In this document: piece by piece, positions 54,880 to 64,000 of the stretch
How the letters are laid out: every line of letters begins with the position of its first letter
How positions within the stretch are numbered: position 1 is the stretch's first letter
From: Octopus vulgaris
Lineage: Eukaryota
Assembly (NCBI GenBank): GCA_951406725.2
Contig: OX597831.1
Location: 20,460,001-20,524,000 of the forward strand
Reading direction: 5' to 3'
DNA: 64,000 bases
The notes under the pieces: generated by a model
What the model saw: only the letters and a program-made list of their open reading frames with translations
Told to the model about the DNA's origin: nothing
Databases searched by the model: none
Position numbers and translations under genes: made by a program

Positions 54880-55913
54880 ATTGAACAGAGGAAATAACAG
54901 GTCTGAGAGTGCCGGACTACATGCCACCATGTAGATAATCCAGAAAATCCTCAGAAGCCTCTTCCTGGTTGCTTAACCCTTTAGAAACAGTATCTAAATC
55001 TCCCTCAAGCCATCATCATCATCTAGGGTGTCGTCATCCAGTAGAACGTCACATCCATCTTTCATGCATCTCAAGGAGAGAGAAAACGTTTACCAATCAA
55101 GCGATTTTGTTGTTGAAACAAGTACAAGTTGAACACTGGGGTTGTGTAAATGACTTGCTCCATCCAATAAAATTTCAGGCCTTGTGCCTATTGTAGGACC
55201 TCTTATTATCATTAAGGTGGTGAGATGGTAAAATCGTTAGCGCGCCTGATAGAATGTCTAGTGTCAATTTTTTCCATTTTTCCATTCTGAATTTAAATAC
55301 CACCGAGGTTGATTTTGCTGTTCATCATTACGGTGGTCGATGAAATAAGTACCAGTTGAACACTGGAGCCGATATAATCGATTGGCGGCTTCCAACCAAA
55401 TTTTAGGCCTTGTGCCCATAGTAGAAAGAATAATACATAATAGGAGCGTAGTGGCGCAGTCGTTAGCGTCTTTTGGTATTTGTTCCAGATCTTTGTAAGC
55501 TGTGTTCTAATTCCGCTGAGGTAAAATTTGCCTCATATTTTCTTTAGTGATCAGCGTGGAGCAATGGCTTGGCAGGACTTTTGGAACGTCAGCTGAAATG
55601 CCTTGTGGAATTTCTTCCGGCTCTTTACATTCTGAGTTCAAATTACGCACAGGGATTCAATTCACGTCAGCGGTTAAGGATAACTGCTTGATCACGGGAC
55701 ACCAATTGTTTATGGAACTTGAGATGCACGAAAAATGGATGTGACGTTCTACTGGATGACGACACCCTAGATGATGATGATGGTTTGAGGGAGATTTAGA
55801 TACTGTTTCTAAAGGGTTAAGCCACCAGGAAGAGGCTTCTGAGGATTTTCTGGATTATCTACATGGTGGTATGTAGTCCGGCACTCTCAGACCTGTTATT
55901 TCCTCTGTTCAAT
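54880..55913. repeat. 196-bp inverted repeats (54880-55075 / 55718-55913) around old SINE B copies
   Basis: Near-identical reverse complements; no TSD seen. Confidence 0.92.
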
Positions 55914-56524
55914 TTATCGCTTTGTAATTGTTGTTATCATCGCTTTTGAGTCTTAGTGAGAGAGCCTCTCTTTATTCACCCAATCTGATAGAAATAGTAG
56001 CCAAATATCCCTCAAGCCACAAGTACCTTTTATAAACAACAGCTTAGAAGATAATATTGTCTGAATCATTCTATATCTCAGAATAAAAGATGGGATAGTC
56101 ATGGCTGGAAAGCCTTTGATTCATACGTCTGTTCCTGAATGACTTCAGGTTTTAATACTGACCATTGAGGAGGTAGGTGAGGTGGATTCGGTGGGAGCAT
56201 CCATATTACCAGACATTCGTTGTTATTGCTGTTGGTGGCGTTGTTATTGCTGTTTAGCCCAAGGTCAGTTGTGCCCTATAATACATATGGTACATAGGTG
56301 GCATAATCGGCATACAAGAAGGTAAGATCCCCAGTTTGGAACCAAATATGCCAAATCTGGCTGAGGGCCACACTGCACATTCTGACTTGTAATAGTTTAG
56401 CTTCAGGTCAACACTGATCAGTTCGACTTCTTGTCGATGCTGTGATCATCCTGTCTTTATGTCACTCAAAGACTGCATTATCCAGCGTCCCTACATTATC
56501 TAGCGTCCAATTATCTAGCAATAC

Positions 56525-57055
56525 TAGGCACTGGATCTCATGTCTTCGGATCTGAACTAATTGGGAATGTTATCATATATGTATTTTGTCTTGGTGTAAA
56601 AGATGGGCTAGAACAAATATTCTGCTCAATACCACATATTTGCTTGTCAGTTGTTTGACCTTAACCAGTTGACCATGTCCCTTAGTGGATGACGATATGT
56701 GCATCTCTGATCACGAGCATAAGTGGTGGAGGAACATCATAGCCATGTGTTGAGAGGGATTGTTTGGAGTTTGAATAATTCACCTCTGGAAACATGGGTG
56801 CTTAGTTCAACATCCTTAAACAATCCTTATTCGGGGACATTTTGAGCAGGATGGGCTACTCGACCAGAAGAAAATTCTAACTGGGCCCCGCCTGCAAGGT
56901 CATGTGCTGTGATATGAGATCGCCATGTGGCGCACATATGGTTGTGATGCGTGTGCTTGGTGTACCCTTATCAGACGGGTAGTCATGATGGATATACTGG
57001 GCTTCGTATATTTTACCCCAATGTCACTTTGATGGCATGCACTGCTCTCTCACTC

Positions 57056-57056
<1 letters not shown>
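56525..57056 (+). repeat. Unclassified element ending in (TAA)n, possibly a Dong-dependent retroposon or 3' UTR
   Basis: Complex sequence abutting a long (TAA)n tract; no ORF recognised. Confidence 0.35.
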
Positions 57057-57087
<31 letters not shown>

Positions 57088-57090
57088 TAA

Positions 57091-57126
<36 letters not shown>

Positions 57127-57257
57127 AAATAATAATAATAACAATAACAATAACAATAATAATAACAATAACAATAACAATAATAATAACAATAACAATA
57201 ACAATAATAATAACAATAACAATAATAATAACAATAACAATAATAATAACAATAATG

Positions 57258-57343
<86 letters not shown>

Positions 57344-57367
57344 GATGATGATGATTATGATGATGAT

Positions 57368-57635
57368 TGTTTAGACAGCATCCTAGGAGACCATGCCTAA
57401 AAAGGAAATGCAAAAGATTGTGCTGACAAGTACTGCCTACATCCTTAGAAAAACCCTTTCAATTTAAATGTTTGAGTTGTATTATATGGATATGTTTATC
57501 TACTGCCTTCGACATTTACCCTTGTCGAGATTTCAGTTATATTTCCACACATGTTTTAACCTTCACTTGCCCTAGGGTGCTGGGTGTGTCGTGGCAAGTG
57601 ATTGCATCAAACATGCAGATTAAAAGTAAGCATAC
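57368..57635 (+). mobile_element. R4/Dong-like LINE extreme 3' end
   Basis: EMQKIVLTSTAYILRKTLSI* plus UTR, followed by (TAA)n. Confidence 0.75.
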
Positions 57636-57874
57636 TAATAATAATAATAATAATAAAAATAATAATAATGATGATGATGATGATCATCATGATCATGATC
57701 ATGATCATGATCATGATCATCATGATCATGATGATGGTGATGATGATGATGATGAGGATGATGATGACGACGATGATGATGACGATGATGATAATGCTAC
57801 TTTCACTTCTGGTTCAAAATACATATGGCGTCTTGAATTCTGAATTCATATGGGGAATTAAAACATATTGAAAT

Positions 57875-57930
<56 letters not shown>

Positions 57931-58218
57931 AACAGAGACAAATAGATTTCAACGTATAACTAAGAGTTCTTATTTGTATACAGTTTAATAGAGATATAAA
58001 TACAACAGGTTGAGTTCGTCCATTCGTTTCATAAACCTTAATGTTTTAAAACTTTCGAAAATCTGGTTCTTAACCTAGGAGGGCACTTGATATGCACTTG
58101 GGAATAAAATGAAACACAGAAACTACAGAATAGTTAATTATTTCTAACTACCTACTCGATTCACTACATCGCACCGACAAGTTTCTTGCTTGCGTGAATT
58201 CGTTTAGGCGCCAAAGAT

Positions 58219-58905
58219 ATGCATGCATACATACATACATACATACATACATACATACATACATACATACATACATACATACATACATACATACATACAT
58301 GCATGCATGCATGCATACATACATACATACATACATGCATACATACATACATACATACATACATACATAAATACATACATACAAACATACATACATACAT
58401 ACATACATGCATACATACATACATACATACATAGATACATACATACATACATACATGCATAAAGGTATACATGCAAGCATACCAACATGCACACACATAT
58501 GCACAGGCACACACATCTGTGTATGTATGTTAAACTATACACACACACTCATGATACTGTTTGTGCTTCTGGGTGCCCGTATACGTTTGATTAAAATTCA
58601 GATATGTAAATGTAAGATCCAAATTTGTCTTAACTATCTATCAAGCAATCTGTCTATCACACAATTCATCAGAGCATCTATCCATCCATCCATCCATCCA
58701 TCCATCCATCCATCCATCCATCCATCCATCCATCCTTCCATCTATCCATCCATCCGTCCATCCATCCATCAATTCATCCGTCCATCCGTCCATCCATCCA
58801 TCCATCCATTCATCCATCCTTCCATCCATTCATCTATCCGTCCATCCATCCATCCATCCATCCATCCATCCATCAATCAATCCATCCGTCCATTCGTCCA
58901 TCCGT

Positions 58906-58939
<34 letters not shown>

Positions 58940-59250
58940 TTCCATCTATCCATCCATCCGTCCATTCATCTATCCATCAGACCATCCATCCATCTATTCA
59001 TCTATCCATCACACCATCCATCCATCCGTCCTTCCATCCATCCATCCATCCATCCATCCATCCATCCATCCATCCATCCATCCATCCATCCATCCATCCA
59101 TCCGTCCGTCCATCCATCCGTCTGTCCATCCATCCATCCATCCATCCTCCATCCATCCCTCCATCCATCCATCCGTCCGTCCATCCATCCATCCATCCAT
59201 CCATCCATCCATCCATCCATCCATCCATCCATCCATCCATCCATCCATCT
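58219..59250. repeat. (CATA)n and (CATC)n tetranucleotide microsatellites
   Basis: Direct reading; explains ORF 58407-59372. Confidence 0.93.
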
Positions 59251-59597
59251 ATTCGTGTAACTGTCTGTCTGCCTACCAACCTGCTTACCTATTTGTCTGT
59301 TTGTCTGTCTGTCTGCCTACCTATCTCTCTGTGTGTCTGTCTGTCTGTCTGTTTACCTGCGCAGGTGTCTGACAGCTTGTGTGTTTCTTTGTACTCATAT
59401 ATGCCAGTTTGTGTGTAGATGTGACAGTGCAAATCTCTATCTATCAATGCGTATATGTGTGTCTGAGTGTGTGTGTGCGCGCGTGTATGGGTGTGTATGT
59501 GGGCATACGCAGCATTATGTGTTTCTTGTATACAGCACTGAGTGGGTATGTAGCATCATGGCCGTAAATGTGTGTGTAGTAGTACTGTGGTCGTTCC

Positions 59598-59643
<46 letters not shown>

Positions 59644-60253
59644 TAGTATTGTGACTGTGTGTATGTGCATGTAGCACTGCGATTATGTATGTGTGGGTGT
59701 AGCTCCCTGTGTGTATATGTGACACTGTGCGAGTGTGTGTACGTGTATATAGCTCTGTGAGTGCATCTGTAGCATTTGTAGCACTGGAATGTGTGTACGT
59801 ATGTGGCACTGTGAATGCAAGTGTGTATGTGTATGTATAGAACTGTGAGTGTATGTATCACTGTGTGTGTATGTGTGTGTGTGTCACTGATGTAATGTAC
59901 TGACTGTAACGAATCTCTAATACCTGTGATGAGGTATAAAAATAGAAGGATGGTGAGATAAGGACACAGAATTTAGCGAAGTGCATTCCCCTCCAAGCGT
60001 CATACATGGATTTTTAATAGCACCATCTACATATGTGTATGTATATACACACATACATGCACATACACAGACATACAGAGATACATATATATATATATAC
60101 ATATGTTGGAACTTGTGTATGTATATATATGTGTATATTACTTTCTATATATATTTAGATATTTACAGTACTATAAATATGTATTATTATATGTATATGT
60201 TTATTAAATATGAATCAAAATGTATATATATGTATATGTATATGTATACATAC

Positions 60254-60322
<69 letters not shown>

Positions 60323-60725
60323 TGTATATATGTGTGCATGTGCGTGTGCTCGTGTGTGTGTATGTATATAATATATGTCTATATATCTCTCTTTTCATAT
60401 GTATATATAATATATATATTCAATATATATGTGCATATACATACATACATACACACACATACACACACACATATATATGTGTATATACACATTGACACAC
60501 ACACACACGCGCTAACACATACTCTCATACACACAAACATACACACACGCAAACGCACATACACCCTCACCACACACAGTTATATTCGGCGGACATCCAT
60601 CGCAAGGCAAATTTCAATAGCTAATTAGATTTTAAAAATTAAACATATACATATTTATCTATGTATATATATATGTATATTTACATTTATATATGTGCAT
60701 ATATTTAAAATTACATAAATATTAT

Positions 60726-60858
<133 letters not shown>

Positions 60859-60947
60859 GGAAAATGACAACAAAACCCAAGGCAGGACGAGTTTCTCAGT
60901 ATCTCAAGTCATTTATAATAATCTAATTAGGGTTAGGTGAATTTGAA

Positions 60948-61023
60948 GTCTTACAGCTGTTTCTTGGATAACTTAAGTGATAAGCTAGCATGTCCGTACA
61001 CTGGGCATTCCATCATCAGAGAC
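60948..61023 (-). ncRNA. Type I hammerhead motif (intact core) in a (TA)n-adjacent insert
   Basis: GTCT-CTGATGA-TGGA...TCCAA-GAAAC-AGCT-GTA-AGAC; palindromic stem III ACAGCTGT. Confidence 0.75.
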
Positions 61024-61273
61024 AAAGTATGTATGAAAGTTCTAGACGTAAATTCACAGTTTGTAAGGAATAAAATAGAGGAATAAAGAGTAAAAGTAGA
61101 TAGAAGAATACAGAGAGGAGAAGAAAGTTCACAGTTCATCTTTTTTCAGAGGGTATGCAGGATGTACCCTAATTAAGTTATGAATGACTTGTGTACTTAA
61201 AAACACATCTAAAAGAAAAAGTGTATTCGACCAATGTACAATAACAACGTTATATAACAAAAATATCTATATA

Positions 61274-61672
61274 GGCGCAGGAGTGGCTGTGTGGTAAGTA
61301 GCTTGCTAACCAACCACATGGTTCCGGGTTCAGTCCCACTGCGTGGCATCTTGGGCAAGTGTCTTCTGCTATAGCCCCGGGCCGACCAATGCCTTGTGAG
61401 TGGATTTGGTAGACGGAAACTGAAAGAAGCCTGTCGTATATATGTATATATATGTGTGTGTGTCTGTGTTTGTCCCCTAGCATTGCTTCACAACCGATGC
61501 TGATGTGTTCACGTCCCCGTCACTTAGTGGTTCGGCAAAAGAGACCGATAGAATAAGTACTGGGCTTACAAAGAATAAGTCCCGGGGTCGATTTGCTCGA
61601 CTAAAGGCGGTGCTCCAGCATGGCCGCAGTCAAATGACTGAAACAAGTAAAAGAGAAAAGAGTAAAAGAGTA
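61274..61672 (+). mobile_element. SINE family A, full length
   Basis: Complete head to tail. Confidence 0.93.
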
Positions 61673-62531
61673 TATAGAAATGTTTATTCACACAGTTTTA
61701 TACTTTTCGAAACAGGAATAAATATCACCCAACTGGAATGAGTAAATTCACTTGGGAACTGAAGGATCAAAACATCAGCTTTGATTTGGAATGGATATAC
61801 GTGCTTCAGCACCCTGTTATAGAGTAAAAAATTGTTTAAAATGCCTTGTTTGTATAAATGAAAAATTTTTCTTCCTAATGGCTGGACTCCCCTAGATCAA
61901 TCTGAGACAGGAAAGAAATAATGCTTGTTCGTACATAAACAAACATGTTCTCTCTAAATATAATTGAAACTCGTTAATTTTCTATCCCTCCTCTCCTACA
62001 TTAGTACCCATATATTTTCACTCCTAACCATAGATAAATATTACCTTAATTAATCTCTTCCCCTCATTGTTAATACTCAGCAATTAAATATCTCGAAATA
62101 GATACGCCAGTCTCCATCTCAAGTACAATAACTTACTTTTAGCACTTCCCCCAAACAATTAAACACTCTTCTTACGTAACAAATAAATATCCACTTTTTA
62201 CTCTTATGTAGGTACGTACTTATCTTTCTTTTTATATTTATTCATACATAACTGTGTATATATGTGTGTATATGAATCTGTATCTATATGGCTATTTGTG
62301 TATATGTAAATACATCCATGAATATATGTATGTAAATTTACAAGTACCCAAATGTATGCAAAGAGGCTTGGCATGATAAACATGCATCTGCATAGATATA
62401 CACAACATCTTTCAAGATGGTCCCACTAGACCACTCCTTATTTTATGTTATGTGAAAAACTATATTACCACTTTACTTTATCTATTTAGTTATTATCATT
62501 CGCATAAAAATATATATTATAGAATATTATA

Positions 62532-62712
62532 CGGAGTGGCTGTGTGGTAAGTAGCTTGTTCACGAACCACATGGTTCCGGGCTCAGTCCCACTGCGTGGC
62601 ACCTTGGGCAAGTGTGTCTTCTACTATAGCCTCGGGCTGACCAAAGCCTTGTGAGTGGATTTGGTAGACAGAAACTGAAAGAAACCAGTCATATATGTAT
62701 ATATTTATACGC

Positions 62713-62757
<45 letters not shown>

Positions 62758-62962
62758 CGCATGTGTCTGTGTTTGTCCTCCCATCATCGGTTGACAACCG
62801 ATGCTGGTGTGTTTACGACCCCGTAACTTAGCCGTTCGGCAAAAGAGAACCGGTAGAATAAGTACTAGGCTTACAAAGAATAAGTCCTGGGGTCGATTTG
62901 CTCGACTAAAGGCGGTGCTCCAGCATGGCCACAGCCAAATGACTGAAACAAGTAAAAGAGTA
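62532..62962 (+). mobile_element. SINE family A, full length
   Basis: Complete head to tail. Confidence 0.92.
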
Positions 62963-63572
62963 TACATATATAATATAACTAAGATAGATCGATAAGTGTT
63001 ACCCATGTACCTTCACATGCATAGAATTGATATAGCTCGCCCATCAATACATATTACATAACATAATACATTATATAATACATAAATAACATTGGTCAAA
63101 CTTTCTTAACAGCTTGAGAAATACATATTAATTATGTATTTCTGAAGTTGTGAGAAAACTTAGATATTACTTAACCACAAATATTCCTAACTGTTTCCTA
63201 CTATATTATGCATTTCTAATCTGCATGGATATAAGCGACCTATTACCCCTTACGACAAATATTCATTGTTTACCTATTTCCGCTCCATTGATTAACGGTT
63301 TTTAATGATCATCCTTTTGATTTTGAAATTAACTGACCAATAGTATCCTCGTACTGGCCGAACCATTCCTACTCCAGATTCGGGGTTGTTTCAGGTATGT
63401 CTCCCACATATAGTACTGAGTAAAATACATAAGAAATAACTGCTAAAAAAGTAAATTATAGTTAACTGTTATCATTTTAGTTATGTAACTACCGGTATTT
63501 TCAATTCTATTTCTTACATTTTATATTTTTATTTTTATTTTATGACCTAATCAAGATACTTAGGAATTCTTC

Positions 63573-63983
63573 GCAGGAGTGGCTGTGTGGTAAGTAGCTT
63601 GTTTACCAACCACATGGTTCCGGGTTCAGTCCCACTGCGTGGCACCTTGGGCAAGTGTCTTCTACTATAGCCCCGGGCCAACCAAAGCCTTGTGAGTGGA
63701 TTTGGTAGACGGAAATTGAAAGAAGCTCGTCGTATATATGTATATATATATATGCGTGTGTGTGTTCGTGTGTCTGTGTTTGTCCCCCTAGCATTGCTTG
63801 ACAACCGATGCTGGTGTGTTTATGTCCCCGTTACTTAGCGGTTCGGCAAAAGACACCGATAGAATAAGTACTGGGCTTACAAAAGAATAAGTCCCGGGGT
63901 CGAGTTGCTCGATTAAAGGCGGTGCTCCAGCATGGCCGCAGTCAAATGACTGAAACAAGTAAAAGAGTAAAAGAGTAAAGAGT
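63573..63983 (+). mobile_element. SINE family A, full length
   Basis: Complete head to tail with (AAAAGAGT)n end. Confidence 0.93.
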
Positions 63984-64000
63984 TTGGATAATTCACTTTT

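Noticed and set aside
58407-59372. 321-aa IHPS-repeat ORF
   Set aside because: (CATC)n microsatellite.

Overview
This is AT-rich, microsatellite-saturated eukaryotic intergenic or intronic DNA, most likely from an octopus (inferred from the SINE families and repeat landscape). I see no intact protein-coding gene. Almost all supplied ORFs are simple-repeat artefacts, and the rest are decayed transposon fragments: CR1-type and R4/Dong- or HERO-type LINEs and Tc1/mariner transposases. Two tRNA-derived SINE families dominate: family A with about 15 copies, and family B with about a dozen loci, often nested or tandem. The main signal that the ORF track misses is at the RNA level. More than 20 type I hammerhead-ribozyme-like motifs occur on both strands, about 8 with both core boxes intact, mostly in short non-coding inserts embedded in (TA)n (Penelope-like or retrozyme-like). 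Highlights: a ~330-nt rod-folding element carrying a canonical hammerhead (35311-35640) with a diverged tandem relative; a TSD-flanked tRNA-head SINE carrying a hammerhead (24923-25208); a 471-bp-period partial tandem with a hammerhead; a six-copy family with a non-canonical core; SINE B inserting repeatedly into its own sequence; and seven fold-back inverted repeats. All structures were read by eye and were not computed or tested.
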